From contig CAXHJY010001273.1 of NCBI GenBank assembly GCA_964016885.1, forward strand, positions 124,001-188,000: a stretch of DNA of 64,000 nt. Reading direction: 5' to 3'. The DNA is from Eledone cirrhosa. Its lineage: Eukaryota. Under the pieces are notes generated by a model. The model was not told the DNA's origin, did no database searches, and saw only the letters and a list, made by a program, of their open reading frames with translations. This document shows, one piece after another, positions 40,126 to 55,500 of the stretch (position 1 is its first letter; each line of letters begins with the position of its first letter). The position numbers and the translations under genes are program-made.

Positions 40126-41714
40126 AAATTAGCAACTTCCTATCTATCTATCTAGCCATCTATCTAGCTAGATAGCTAGATAGCCCCTCCCCCTCTCTCT
40201 ATATATGTGTGTGTTTGTCAAAACACAATCTATTTTTAGAACCTTTGAGCAAATTATGAATTTGAATATTAAGTTAACCCAAGAGTCAACGGCTTCAACG
40301 CACGTTTTTGCATAGGAAAAACTGTCTGTCCATCTCCAGCGGCTTATATGACCCCCCCCCCCCAACTCTCACACACAACCCCTCACACACACATACAACC
40401 CCTCAGATACACACATATTAATCAAACTTGCTTTTCTGAGTTTCGCGATTGCCCAGTGATCACGCAATATATGCATATATACAAGATGTAAATAGATGTA
40501 GAAGCTCTATTTCTACTGTTTTTATCAACATTTCTTTGTATTTTTTCTTCTCCATATTTTGGCCTGACCTCCTTACAGTTTGTTTGGAATAATAAACATT
40601 AACCTCCAACTCTTAATTCTGTTGGGGTTTTAATGTCTGTCTGTGTGTCGTTCATGAAATTTCTGGTTTAAAATGTAACAACAACAACAACAGAAACATT
40701 AATAACTAAAACAGCAAACGGAATAATAACAATATCAGCAATATAGAAAACCAATTGTAAAGGAAACAACAACAGCAACAACATTATCAACAACAACAAT
40801 AGCAACAACAACAATAGCAACAACAACAATAGCAACAACAACTACACTAACAATAGCAACAACTACAACATTAATAACTATAACCCCAAATAGCAAACGA
40901 AATAGTACAAACGAAAACAACGCCAAGTAGCAATAGAGACAACAGCATATCTTCCATCATCGCCACCTCTACCACCAGCTACCCCCATCATTACCATCGC
41001 AACCAGCACCTCCACCGCCAAAACTCCCACCAATGCCACCACCACCATAAACCACCACCATCACCACCACCATCACCACTACCACCACCACCACCAACTC
41101 TGCCACAACCAATACCAACAAGCACCTCTACCATCACTTCTACCACCACCAACTCTGCCATAACCAATACCACCAAGCACCATCACCACCACCTCAACAA
41201 CAACAATCACCATTACCATTATACCTGCAAGACCACAGCCATCATCACCATCATCACCACCAGCACCACCACCACCATCATCACTCCATCACCACTACCA
41301 CTACAACCACTACACCGTCATCACCACCATCGCCACTCCATCACCACCACCATCGCCACTCCATCACCACCACCATTCAATCACCACCACCACCACACCA
41401 TCATCTTCACCACCACCAGACATTCACCACACCGCTCCCATCACCACCATCACCAGCACACCACCACCACCACCAGCACACCACCACCACTACCACCACC
41501 ATCACCACTAACAACAACAGCCACAACGAAAATAACAAGGAGCAATAGAATCAACAATAACAATTAAGTCAACAACAACAACAACATCAAGAAATACGAA
41601 AATAAAAAAACAATCCCTATAAAACGTCAAAAGACCACAAAAAATTCACATCAATCCGTAAGAATAACAAAAATCTAGAAAAAATATCGATAAATCGATA
41701 GAAATCAAAAACAA

Positions 41715-42843
41715 TAACAACAGCAACAACTGTAATAACACCGACAACTGTAACAGTAACAACAACACCGACAACTGTAACAGTAACAACAACAACACCG
41801 ACAACTGTAACAGTAACAACAACAACAGCAACATCTGTAACAGTAACAACAACAACAGCAACATCTGTAACAGTAACAACAACACCGACAACTGTAACAG
41901 TAACAACAACACCGACAACTGTAACAGTAACAACAACAACAGCAACATCTGTAACAGTAACAACAACAACAGCAACATCTGTAACAGTAACAACAACACC
42001 GACAACTGTAACAGTAACAACAACACCGACAACTGTAACAGTAACAACAACAACAGCAACATCTGTAACAGTAACAACAACAACAGCAACAGCTGTAACA
42101 GTAACAACAACAACAGCAACATCTGTAACAGTAACAACAACAACACCGACAACTGTAACAGTAACAACTAACAACAACAACAGCAACAACTGTAACAGTA
42201 ACAACAACAACAGCAACAGCTGTAACAGTAACAACAACAACAGCAACATCTCTAACAGCACCAACAACTGTAACAGTAGCAGTAAATACAACAACAACAA
42301 CAACAGTACCAGTAAAAACAACAACAACAACAGTACCAGTAAATACAACAATAACAACAACAACAACAGTAGCAGTAAATACAACAACAACAACAACAGT
42401 ACCAGTAAAAACAACAACAACAACAGTACCAGTAAATACAACAATAACAACAACAACAACAGTAGCAGTAAATACAACAACAACAACAACAACAACAGTA
42501 CCAGTAAAAACAACAACAACAACAGCAGTACCAGTAAAAACAACAACAACAACAGTACCAGTAAATACAACAATAACAACAACAACAACAGTACCAGTAA
42601 ATACAACAACAACAACAACAACAACAGTACCAGTAAATACAACAATAACAACAACAACATCAGTACCAGTAAATACAACAACAACAACAGTACCAGTAAA
42701 AACAACAACAACAACAGTACCAGTAAAAACAACAACAACAACAGTACCAGTAAATACAACAACAACAACAACAGTACCAGTAAATACAACAACAACAACA
42801 ACAACAGTACCAGTAAATACAACAACAACAACAGTACCAGTAA

Positions 42844-42878
<35 letters not shown>

Positions 42879-45380
42879 GTACCAGTAAATACAACAACAA
42901 CAACAGTACCAGTAAAAACAACAACAACAACAACAGTAGCAGTAAAAACAACAACAACAACAACAGTACCAGTAAAAACAACAACAACAACAGTACCAGT
43001 AAAAACAACAACAACAACAACAACAGTACCAGTAAAAACAACAACAACAACAGTACCAGTAAATACAACAACAACAACAGTACCAGTAAAAACAACAACA
43101 ACAACAGTACCAGTAAAAACAACAACAACAACAGTACCAGTAAAAACAACAACAACAACAGTACCAGTAAAAACAACAACAACAACAGTACCAGTAAAAA
43201 CAACAACAACAACAGTACCAGTAAATACAACAACAACAACAGTACCAGTAAAAACAACAACAACAACAACAGTACCAGTAAAAACAACAACAACAACAGT
43301 ACCAGCAAATACAACAACAACAACAACAGTACCAGTAAAAACAACAACAACAACAGTACCAGTAAATACAACAACAACAACAACAGTACCAGTAAATACA
43401 ACAACAACAACAACAGTACCAGTAAAAACAACAACAACAACAGTACCAGTAAATACAACAACAACAACAACAGTACCAGTAAATACAACAACAACAACAG
43501 TACCAGTAAAAACAACAACAACAACAGTACCAGTAAATACAACAACAACAGTACCAGTAAAAACAACAACAACAACAACAGTACCAGTAAAAACAACAAC
43601 AACAACAGTACCAGTAAATACAACAACAACAACAACAGTACCAGTAAAAACAACAACAACAACAGTACCAGTAAATACAACAACAACAACAACAGTACCA
43701 GTAAATACAACAACAACAACAACAGTACCAGTAAAAACAACAACAACAACAGTACCAGTAAATACAACAACAACAACAACAGTACCAGTAAATACAACAA
43801 CAACAACAACAGTACCAGTAAAAACAACAACAACAACAACAGTACAAGTAAAAACAACAACAACAACAACAGTACCAGTAAAAACAACAACAACAACAGT
43901 AGCAGTAAATACAACAACAACAACAACAACAGTACCAGTAAAAACAACAACAACAACAGTACCAGTAAAAACAACAACAACAACAACAACAGTACCAGTA
44001 AATACAACAACAACAACAGTACCAGTAAATACAACAACAACAACAACAGTACCAGTAAATACAACAACAACAACAACAGTACCAGTAAAAACAACAACAA
44101 CAACAGTACCAGTAAAAACAACAACAACAACAGTACCAGTAAATACAACAACAACAACAACAGTACCAGTAAAAACAACAACAACAACAGTACCAGTAAA
44201 AACAACAACAACAACAGTACCAGTAAAAACAACAACAACAACAACAGTAGCAGTAAATACAACAACAACAACAACAGTACCAGTAAATACAACAACAACA
44301 ACAACAACAGTAGCAGTAAATACAACAACAACAACAACAGTACCAGTAAATACAACAACAACAACAACAACAACAGTACCAGTAAATACAACAACAACAA
44401 CAACAGTACCAGTAAAAACAACAACAACAACAACAGTACCAGTAAATACAACAACAACAACAACAACAACAGTACCAGTAAATACAACAACAACAACAGT
44501 ACCAGTAAAAACAACAACAACAACAACAGTACCAGTAAATACAACAACAACAACAACAACAACAGTACCAGTAAATACAACAACAACAACAACAGTACCA
44601 GTAAAAACAACAATAACAACAGTACCAGTAAATACAACAACAACAACAACAACAGTAGCAGTAAATACAACAACAACAACAACAGTACCAGTAAATACAA
44701 CAACAACAACAACAACAACAGTACCAGTAAATACAACAACAACAACAACAACAACAGTACCAGTAAATACAACAACAACAACAACAGTACCAGTAAATAC
44801 AACAACAACAACAACAGTACCAGTAAAAACAACAACAACAACAACAACAGTACCAGTAAATACAATAACAACAACAACAGTACCAGTAAATACAACAACA
44901 ACAACAACAGTACCAGTAAATACAACAACAACAACAACAGTACCAGTAAATACAACAACAACAACAACAACAGTACCAGTAAATACAACAACAACAACAA
45001 GAGTACCAGTAAAAACAACAACAACAACAAGAGTACCAGTAAATACAACAACAACAACAACAACAGTACCAGTAAATACAACAACAACAACAACAGTACC
45101 AGTAAATACAACAACAACAACAACAACAGTACCAGTAAAAACAACAACAACAACAACAACAGTACCAGTAAATACAATAACAACAACAACAGTACCAGTA
45201 AATACAACAACAACAACAACAACAGTACCAGTAAAAACAACAACAACAACAGTACCAGTAAAAAGAACAACAACAACAACAACAGTACCAGTAAATATAA
45301 CAACAACAACAACAACAGTACCAGTAAATACAACAACAACAACAACAACAGTACCAGTAAATACAACAACAACAACAACA
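41715..45380. repeat. Compound AAC-based minisatellites: (acaactgtaacagtaacaac..) then (AAC)n-AGTACCAGTAAA(A/T)
   Basis: Directly visible. Unit lengths are multiples of 3, which explains the 1253-aa poly-Leu pseudo-ORF. Confidence 0.95.
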
Positions 45381-45477
45381 GTCAGAAGCTAATAATTAAA
45401 TAAAGAAAAAGATAGTAAAATATTGAAGAAAAAGATATGATGGTAAATCCAAGGATATTCTATATTGTTTGGTCTGA

Positions 45478-46700
45478 CTGTAGTGTGGTGTGGTGTAGTG
45501 TGGTGTGGTGTGGTGTAGTGGTGTATTGTGGTGTGGTGTGGTGTGGTGTGGTGGGGGTGTGTAGTGAGGTGTGTGGTGTGGTGTGGTGTGGTCTGGTGGT
45601 GTGGTGTGGTGTAGTGGTGTGGTTGTGTGGTGTAGTGTGGTGTGGTGTAGTGTGGTGTGGTGTGGTGTAGTGGTGTAGTGTGGTGTGGTGTGGTGTAGTG
45701 GTGTAGTGTGGTGTGGTGTGGTGTGGTGTGGTGGGGGTGTGTAGTGAGGTGTGTGGTGTGTGTGGTGTGGTGTGGTCTGGTGGTGTGGTGTGGTGTAGTG
45801 GTGTGGTTGTGTGGTGTAGTGTGGTGTGGTGTAGTGTGGTGTGGTGTAGTGTGGTGTGGTGTGGTGTAGTGTGGTGTGGTATGGTGTAGTGTGATGTGGT
45901 GTAGTGTAGTGTGGTGTGGTGTAGTTTAGTGTGGTGTGGTCTGGTGTAGTGTGGTGTGGTCTGGTGTAGTGTGGTGTGGTCTGGTGTAGTGTGGTGTGGT
46001 ATGGTGTAGTGTGGTGTGGTGTGGTGTGTAGTGAGGTGTGTGGTGTGGTGTGGTGTGGTCTGGTGGTGTGGTGTGGTGTAGTCGTGTGGTGTAGTGGTGT
46101 GGTTGTGTGGTGTAGTGTGGTGTGGTCTGGTGTAGTGTGGTGTGGTGTAGTGATGTGTGGTGTGGTGTAGTGTGGTGTGGTATGGTGTGGTGTAGTGTAG
46201 TGTGGTGTGGTGTAGTTTAGTGTGGTGTGGTCTGGTGTAGTGTGGTGTGGTCTGGTGTAGTGTGGTGTGGTATGGTGTAGTGTGGTGTGGTATGGTGTAG
46301 TGTGGTGTGGTGTGGTGTGGTGTGGTGATGTGGTGTGGTGGTGTGGTGTGGTGGTGTGGTGTGGTGGAGTGTTGTGTTGTGTGGTGTGGTCTGGAGGTGT
46401 GGTGGTGTGGTGGTGTCGTGTGGTGTGGTGGTGTGGTGCAGTGTTGTGTTGTGTGGTGTGGTCTGGAGGTGTGGTGGTGTGGTGTGGGGGTGTCGTGTGG
46501 TGATGTGGTGGAGTGTTGTGTTGTGTGGTGTGGTCTGGAGGTGTGGTGGTGTGGTGGTGTCGTGTGGTGTGGTGTTGTGTGGTGTGGTGTGATGGGCTGT
46601 AGTGTATTGATGTAGTGTAGTATGAATATAGTGTGGTGTGGTCTGGTTGTGTGGTCTTGTGGTGTAGTGTGTGGTGGTGTGGTGTAGCGTGTGGTGGTGT
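45478..46700. repeat. (GTGTG/GTGTA)n pentanucleotide microsatellite
   Basis: Directly visible. Confidence 0.93.
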
Positions 46701-47172
46701 GGTGTGGTATATATGTCTGTGGTGTGGTATATGTGTGTGTGGGATGTAGTGTGGTGTGTGTTGTGGTGTGTATATCTTTGTGTGTGTGCCTTTGTGGTGT
46801 GTGTTGGACCAACTATGTTTTATCTGAGTGTGGTGTGTGTATTGTGTTGTTTTGTGTGTATATCTTTGTGACTATGATATTTTTTGTGAGTTTGTTCTGT
46901 GTGTGTGTTTTATGTATGTGATGTGTATGTTTGTGTGTATATGTGTATGTGGTGTGTGAATTGTGAATGAATTGTGTATGCGCCTGTGTAGAAGATACGG
47001 ATGTTCCAATAATATTTCCTCTCTCTCTTTCTCTATGTATGTATGTATGTTTATCTCTTTCTCTTAAGTTCGAGTATAATTTTGACCGGCCACCTTCCTG
47101 GTGGCAAGGTTGTAAAAGAAAAGAAATTGTCATCCCTTGAATCGCAAGAATGTATGTATGTATGTTTGTGTG

Positions 47173-47203
<31 letters not shown>

Positions 47204-47224
47204 AGTGTATTGTTATTTATTAAT

Positions 47225-47312
47225 GTTAAAATTATATGATTTTTATGTAAAACCCCGCCGTCAAGTCTTGTAATGTCCCATTTGTATACGCCCCTGTGGC
47301 AAATAAAGAAAG
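47225..47312 (+). mobile_element. Tx1 extreme 3' UTR fragment between (TATC)n tracts
   Basis: atgtaaaaccccg..gtcttgtaatgtccc..cgcccctgtggcaAATAAAgaaa resembles the reverse complement of 1245-1320. Confidence 0.65.
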
Positions 47313-47539
47313 ATATCTATCTATCTATCTATAGAAATCAATCTATCTGTTCAACTCTCTTACTCTCTCCCTCCCTCTCTCGTTCTCTATATCCCACCCT
47401 CCTCATCTCTATCTATCGATATCTCAGCTTTGATCAACAATCTTATCAATATGAAATCTTGTCTGATCAGATAACATTTCATATTTTCTTATCGAATCTA
47501 GAAACACACACACATACACTCGCGCACTCATATATACAT

Positions 47540-47621
<82 letters not shown>

Positions 47622-47824
47622 TAACCTAGCGTTTATGAAATAGAAGTCCTTAACTGTGAAAAACATGAACTGTGAAGTGTAAACACCTTGCACTGTTCCT
47701 CCCTACACAGAAAAACATAAGAAATAATCTTAATGCTGCATTTCAGAGGTAATATACATACATCCATCTATCCAGCCATGCATACATACATACTTACATA
47801 TATATATATAAACATATATGTATG

Positions 47825-47923
<99 letters not shown>

Positions 47924-48059
47924 TCATCATCATCATCATCATCATCACATACATGCCGAGGTTTACAAGAGTTGTCTTGTTTGGAGGATTGAGCAGTCAG
48001 GTGACCAGACCTTTCGTTTTTTATATGACTTCTATGGTTAGATGCCCTTCCTAATGCCA

Positions 48060-49520
48060 ATCACTTTACAGAGTGTCCTGGGTGTATTTTATCATGACAC
48101 CAATACTATCACCTTACAGAGTGTACTGGGAGTATTTTGTCGTGACATTAGTACTATCACCTTACAGAGTGTACTGGGAGTATTTTATCGTGACATTAGT
48201 ACTATCACCTTACAGAGTGTACTGGGAGTATTTTATCGTGACATTAGTACTATCACCTTACAGAGTGTACTAGGAGTATTTTATCGTGACATTAGTACTA
48301 TGACCTTACAGAGTGTACTGGGAGTATTTTATCGTGACATTAGTACTATCACCTTACATAGTGTACTGGGAGTATTTTATCGTGACATTAGTACTATCAC
48401 CTTACAGAGTGTACTGGGAGTATTTTATCGTGACATTAGTACTATCACCTTACAGAGTGTACTGGGAGTATTTTATCGTGACATTAGTACTATCACCTTA
48501 CAGAGTGTACTGGGAGTATTTTATCGTGACATTAGTACTATCACCTTACAGAGTGTACTGGGTGTATTTTATCGTAACATTAGTATTATCACCTTACAGA
48601 GTGTACTGGGTGTATTTTATCGTGATTTTATCGTATTTTATCGTGTATTTTATGTTGGCTGACCACTACACTCCATCTCTCACTGTTGGCTGACCACTAT
48701 ACTCCATCTCTCACTGTTGGCTGACCACTACACTCCATCTCTCACTGTTGTCTGACAACTACACCCCATCTCTCACTGTTGGCTGACCACTACACTCCAT
48801 CTCTCACTGTTGTCTGACCACTACACCCCATATCTCACTGTTGGCTGACCACTACACTCCATCTCTCACTGTTGTCTGACCACTACACCCCATCTCTCAC
48901 TGTTGGCTGACCACTACACTCCATCTCTCACTGTTGGCTGACCACTACACTCCATCTCTCACTGTTGGCTGACCACTACACTCCATCTCTCACTGTTGGC
49001 TGACCACTACACTCCATCTCTCACTGTTGGCTGACCACTACACTCCATCTCTCACTGTTGGCTGACCACTACACCCTCGGCAGCTATCTTTCACTCTCAA
49101 CCAGTCACTGTCCTCCCAGCCAGGCCGAGATATAACGTGTCACGATAAAATACTCCCAGTACACTCTGTAAGGTGATAATACATTAGTATTATCACCTTA
49201 CAGAGTGTACTGGGAGTATTTTATCGTGACATTAGTACTATCACCTTACAGAGTGTACTGGGAGTATTTTATCGTGACATTAGTACTATCACCTTACAGA
49301 GTGTACTAGGAGTATTTTATCGTGACATTAGTACTATGACCTTACAGAGTGTACTGGGAGTATTTTATCGTGGCATTAGTACTATCACCTTACAGAGTGT
49401 ACTGGGAGTATTTTATCGTGGCATTAGTACTATTACCTTACAGAGTGTACTGGGAGTATTTTATCGTGACATTAGTACTATCACCTTACAGAGTGTACTG
49501 GGAGTATTTTATCGTGACAC
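48060..49520. repeat. 48-bp minisatellite (48060-48625, 49181-49520, inverted piece 49137-49180)
   Basis: Unit tcaccttacagagtgtactgggagtattttatcgtgacattagtacta. Confidence 0.93.
48653..49077 (-). repeat. 31-bp satellite, inverted block (~14 units)
   Basis: Reverse complement of the 49583-56310 unit. Confidence 0.95.
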
Positions 49521-49582
49521 GTTATATCTTCGGCCTAGCTGGGAGGACAGTGACTGGTTGAGAGTGAAAGATAGCTGCCGAG

Positions 49583-52500
49583 GGTGTAGTGGTCAGCCAA
49601 CAGTGAGAGATGGAGTGTAGTGGTCAGCCAACAGTGAGAGATGGAGTGTAGTGGTCAGCCAACAGTGAGAGATGGAGTGTAGTGGTCAGTCAACAGTGAG
49701 AGATGGAGTGTAGTGGTCAGGCAACAGTGAGATATGGAGTGCAGTGGCCAGCCAACAGTGAGAGATGGAGTGTAGTGGTCAGCCAACAGTGAGAGATGGA
49801 ATGTAGTGGTCAGGCAACAGTGAGATATGGAGTGCAGTGGTCAGCCAACAGTGAGAGATGGAGTGTAGTGGTCAGCCAACAGTGAGAGATGGAGTGTAGT
49901 GTTCAGCCAACAGTGAGAGATGGAGTGTAGTGGTCAGCCAACAGTGAGAGATGGAGTGTAGTGGTGAGCCAACAGTGAGAGATGGAGTGTAGTGGTCAGC
50001 CAACAGTGAGAGATGGAGTGTAGTGGTCAGCCAACAGTGAGAGATGGAGTGTAGTGGTCAGCCAACAGTGAGAGATGGAGTGTAGTGGTCAGACAACAGT
50101 GAGAGATGGAGTGTAGTGGTCAGCCAACAGTGAGAGATGGAGTGTAGTGGTCAGCCAACAGTGAGAGATGGAGTGTAGTGGTCAGACAACAGTGAGAGAT
50201 GGAGTGTAGTGGTCAGACAACAGTAAGAGATGGAGTGTAGTGGTCAGTCAACAGTGAGAGATGGAGTGTAGTGGTCAGCCAGCAGTGAGAGATGGAGTGT
50301 AGTGGTCAGACAACAGTGAGGGATGGAGTGTAGTGGTCAGCCAACAGCGAGAGATGGAGTGTAGTGGTCAGTCAACAGTGAGAGATGGAGTGTAGTGGTC
50401 AGGCAACAGTGAGATATGGAGTGCAGTGGTCAGCCAACAGTGAGAGATGGAGTGTAGTGGTCAGCCAACAGTGAGAGATGGTGTGTAGTGGTCAGCCAAC
50501 AGTGAGAGATGGAGTGTAGTGGTCAGCCAACAGTGAGAGATGGAGTGTAGTGGTCAGCCAACAATGGGAGATGGAGTGTAGTGGTCAGCCAACAGTGAGA
50601 GATGGAGTGTAGTGGTCAGCCAACAGTGAGAGATGGAGTGTAGTGGTAAGCCAACAGTGAGAGATGGAGTGTAGTGGTCAGCCAACAGTGAGGGATGGAG
50701 TGTAGTGGTCAGCCAACAGTGAGAGATGGAGTGTAGTGGACAGCCAACAGTGAGAGATGGAGTGTAGTGGTCAGCCAACAGTGAGAGATGGATTGTAGTG
50801 GTCAGCCAACAGTGAGAGATGGAGTGTAGTGGTCAGCCAACAGTGAGAGATGGAGTGTAGTGGTCAGCCAACAGTGAGAGATGGAGTGTAGTGGTCAGCC
50901 AACAGTGAGAGATGGAGTGTAGTGGTCAGACAACAGTGAGAGATGGAGTGTAGTGGTCAGCCAACAGTGAGAGATGGAGTGTAGTGGTCAGCCAACAATG
51001 AGAGATGGAGTGTAGTGGTCAGACAACAGTGAGAGAATGAGTGTAGTGGTCAGACAACAGTAAGAGATGGAGTGTAGTGGTCAGTCAACAGTGAGAGATG
51101 GAGTGTAGTGGTCAGCCAACAGTGAGAGATGGAGTGTAGTGGTCAGACAACAGTGAGGGATGGAGTGTAGTGGTCAGCCAACAGTGAGAGATGGAGTGTA
51201 GTGGTCAGCCAACAGTGAGAGATGGAGTGTAGTGGTCAGCCAACCGTGAGAGATGGAGTGTAGTGGTCAGACAACAGTGAGAGATGGAGTGTAGTGGTCA
51301 GACAACAGTGAGAGATGAAGTGTAGTGGTCAGAAAACAGTGAGAGATGGAGTGTAGTGGTCAGCCAACAGTGAGAGATGGAGTGTAGTGGTCAGACAACA
51401 GTGATAGATGGAGTGTACTGGTCAGACAACAGTAAGAGATGGAGTGTAGTGGTCAGTCAACAGTGAGAGATGGAGTGTAGTGGTCAGCCAACAGTGAGAG
51501 ATGGAGTGTAGTGGTCAGACAACAGTGAGGGATGGAGTGTAGTGGTCAGCCAACAGTGAGAGATGGAGTGTAGTGGTCAGCCAACAGTGAGAGATGGAGT
51601 GTAGTGGTCAGCCAACAGTGAGAGATGGAGTGTAGTGGTCAGGCAACAGTGAGAGATGGAGTGTAGTGGTCAGACAACAGTGAGAGATGGAGTGTAGTGG
51701 TCAGCCAACAGTGAGAGATGGAGTGTAGTGGTCAGCCAACAGTGAGAGATGGAGTGTAGTGGTCAGCCAACAGTGAGAGATGGAGTGTAGTGGTCAGCCA
51801 ACAGTGAGAGATGGAGTGTAGTGGTCAGACAACAGTGAGAGATGGAGTGTAGTGGTCAGACAACAGTAAGAGATGGAGTGTAGTGGTCAGTCAACAGTGA
51901 GAGATGGAGTGTAGTGGTCAGCCAACAGTGAGAGATGGAGTGTAGTGGTCAGACAACAGTGAGGGATGGAGTGTAGTGGTCAGCCAACAGTGAGAGATGG
52001 AGTGTAGTGGTCAGCCAACAGTGAGAGATGGAGTGTAGTTGTCAGTCAACCGTGAGAGATGGAGTGTAGTGGTCAGACAACAGTGAGAGATGGAGTGTAG
52101 TGGTCAGCCAACAGTGAGAGATGGAGTGTAGTGGTCAGACAACAGTGAGAGATGGAGTGTAGTGGTCAGCCAACAGTGAGAGATGGAGTGTAGTAGTCAG
52201 ACAACAGTGAGAGATGGAGTGTAGTGGTCAGACAACAGTAAGAGATGGAGTGTAGTGGTCAGTCAACAGTGAGAGATGGAGTGTAGTGGTCAGCCAACAG
52301 TGAGAGATGGAGTGTAGTGGTCAGACAACAGTGAGGGATGGAGTGTAGTGGTCAGACAACAGTGAGAGATGGAGTGTAGTGGTCAGCCAACAGTGAGAGA
52401 TGGAGTGTAGTGGTCAGCCAACCGTGAGAGATGGAGTGTAGTGGTCAGACAACAGTGAGAGATGGAGTGTAGTGGTCAGACAACAGTGAGGGATGGAGTG

Positions 52501-55500
52501 TAGTGGTCAGCCAACAGTGAGAGATGGAGTGTAGTGGTCAGCCAACAGTGAGAGATGGAGTGTAGTGGTCAGCCAACAGTGAGAGATGGAGTGTAGTGGT
52601 CAGGCAACAGTGAGAGATGGAGTGCAGTTGTCAGCCAACAGTGAGAGATGGAGTGTAGTGGTCAGCCAACAGTGAGAGATGGAGTGTAGTGGTCAGCCAA
52701 CAGTGAGAGATGGAGTGTAGTGGTCAGCCAACAGTGAGAGATGGAGTGTAGTGGTCAGCCAACAATGGGAGATGGAGTGTAGTGGTCAGCCAACAGTGAG
52801 AGATGGAGTGTAGTGGTCAGCCAACAGTGAGAGATGGAGTGTAGTGGTCAGCCAACAGTGAGAGATGGAGTGTAGTGGTCAGACAAGAGTGAGAGATGGA
52901 GTGTAGTGGTCAGACAACAGTAAGAGATGGAGTGTAGTGGTCAGTCAACAGTGAGAGATGGAGTGTAGTGGTCAGCCAACAGTGAGAGATGGAGTGTAGT
53001 GGTCAGACAACCGTGAGGGATGGAGTGTAGTGGTCAGCCAACAGTGAGAGATGGAGTGTAGTGGTCAGTCAACAGTGAGAGATGGAGTGTAGTGGTCAGG
53101 CAACAGTGAGATATGGAGTGCAGTGGTCAGCCAACAGTGAGAGATGGAGTGTAGTGGTCAGCCAACTGTGAGAGATGGAGTGTAGTGGTCAGGCAACAGT
53201 GAGATATGGAGTGCAGTGGTCAGCCAACAGTGAGAGATGGAGTGTAGTGGTCAGCCAACAGTGAGAGATGGAGTGTAGTGGTCAGACAACAGTGAGAGAT
53301 GGAGTGTAGTGGTCAGCCAACAGTGGGGGATGGAGTGTAGTGGTCAGCCAACAGTGAGAGATGGAGTGTAGTGGTCAGCCAACAGTGAGAGATGGAGTGT
53401 AGTGGTCAGCCAACAGTGAGAGATGGAGTGTAGTGGTCAGACAACAGTGAGAGATGGAGTGTAGTGGTCAGCCAACAGTGAGAGATGGAGTGTAGTGGTC
53501 AGCCAACAGCGAGAGATGGAGTGTAGTGGTCAGACAACAGTGAGAGATGGAGTGTAGTGGTCAGACAACAGTAAGAGATGGAGTGTAGTGGTCAGTCAAC
53601 AGTGAGAGATGGAGTGTAGTGGTCAGCCAACAGTGAGAGATGGAGTGTAGTGGTCAGACAACAGTGAGGGATGGAGTGTAGTGGTCAGCCAACAGCGAGA
53701 GATGGAGTGTAGTGGTCAGTCAACAGTGAGAGATGGAGTGTAGTGGTCAGGCAACAGTGAGATATGGAGTGCAGTGGTCAGCCAACAGTGAGAGATGGAG
53801 TGTAGTGGTCAGCCAACAGTGAGAGATGGAGTGTAGTGGTCAGCCAACAGTGAGAGATGGAGTGTAGTGGTCAGCCAACAATGGGAGATGGAGTGTAGTG
53901 GTCAGCCAACAGTGAGAGATGGAGTGTAGTGGTCAGCCAACAGTGAGAGATGGAGTGTAGTGGTAAGCCAACAGTGAGAGATGGAGTGTAGTGGTCAGCC
54001 AACAGTGAGGGATGGAGTGTAGTGGTCAGCCAACAGTGAGAGATGGAGTGTAGTGGACAGCCAACAGTGAGAGATGGAGTGTAGTGGTCAGCCAACAGTG
54101 AGAGATGGATTGTAGTGGTCAGCCAACAGTGAGAGATGGAGTGTAGTGGTCAGCCAACAGTGAGAGATGGAGTGTAGTGGTCAGCCAACAGTGAGAGATG
54201 GAGTGTAGTGGTCAGCCAACAGTGAGAGATGGAGTGTAGTGGTCAGACAACAGTGAGAGATGGAGTGTAGTGGTCAGCCAACAGTGAGAGATGGAGTGTA
54301 GTGGTCAGCCAACAATGAGAGATGGAGTGTAGTGGTCAGACAACAGTGAGAGATGGAGTGTAGTGGTCAGACAACAGTAAGAGATGGAGTGTAGTGGTCA
54401 GTCAACAGTGAGAGATGGAGTGTAGTGGTCAGCCAACAGTGAGAGATGGAGTGTAGTGGTCAGACAACAGTGAGGGATGGAGTGTAGTGGTCAGCCAACA
54501 GTGAGAGATGGAGTGTAGTGGTCAGCCAACAGTGAGAGATGGAGTGTAGTGGTCAGCCAACCGTGAGAGATGGAGTGTAGTGGTCAGACAACAGTGAGAG
54601 ATGGAGTGTAGTGGTCAGACAACAGTGAGAGATGGAGTGTAGTGGTCAGAAAACAGTGAGAGATGGAGTGTAGTGGTCAGCCAACAGTGAGAGATGGAGT
54701 GTAGTGGTCAGACAACAGTGATAGATGGAGTGTACTGGTCAGACAACAGTAAGAGATGGAGTGTAGTGGTCAGTCAACAGTGAGAGATGGAGTGTAGTGG
54801 TCAGCCAACAGTGAGAGATGGAGTGTAGTGGTCAGACAACAGTGAGGGATGGAGTGTAGTGGTCAGCCAACAGTGAGAGATGGAGTGTAGTGGTCAGCCA
54901 ACAGTGAGAGATGGAGTGTAGTGGTCAGCCAACAGTGAGAGATGGAGTGTAGTGGTCAGGCAACAGTGAGAGATGGAGTGTAGTGGTCAGACAACAGTGA
55001 GAGATGGAGTGTAGTGGTCAGCCAACAGTGAGAGATGGAGTGTAGTGGTCAGCCAACAGTGAGAGATGGAGTGTAGTGGTCAGACAACAGTGAGAGATGG
55101 AGTGTAGTGGTCAGCCAACAGTGAGAGATGGAGTGTAGTGGTCAGCCAACAGTGAGAGATGGAGTGTAGTGGTCAGCCAACAGTGAGAGATGGAGTGTAG
55201 TGGTCAGCCAACAGTGAGAGATGGAGTGTAGTGGTCAGACAACAGTGAGAGATGGAGTGTAGTGGTCAGACAACAGTAAGAGATGGAGTGTAGTGGTCAG
55301 TCAACAGTGAGAGATGGAGTGTAGTGGTCAGCCAACAGTGAGAGATGGAGTGTAGTGGTCAGACAACAGTGAGGGATGGAGTGTAGTGGTCAGCCAACAG
55401 TGAGAGATGGAGTGTAGTGGTCAGCCAACAGTGAGAGATGGAGTGTAGTTGTCAGTCAACCGTGAGAGATGGAGTGTAGTGGTCAGACAACAGTGAGAGA

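Noticed and set aside
41617-45378. 1253-aa Leu-rich ORF and 395-aa Cys-rich ORF
   Set aside because: Translations of an AAC-based minisatellite whose units are multiples of 3.
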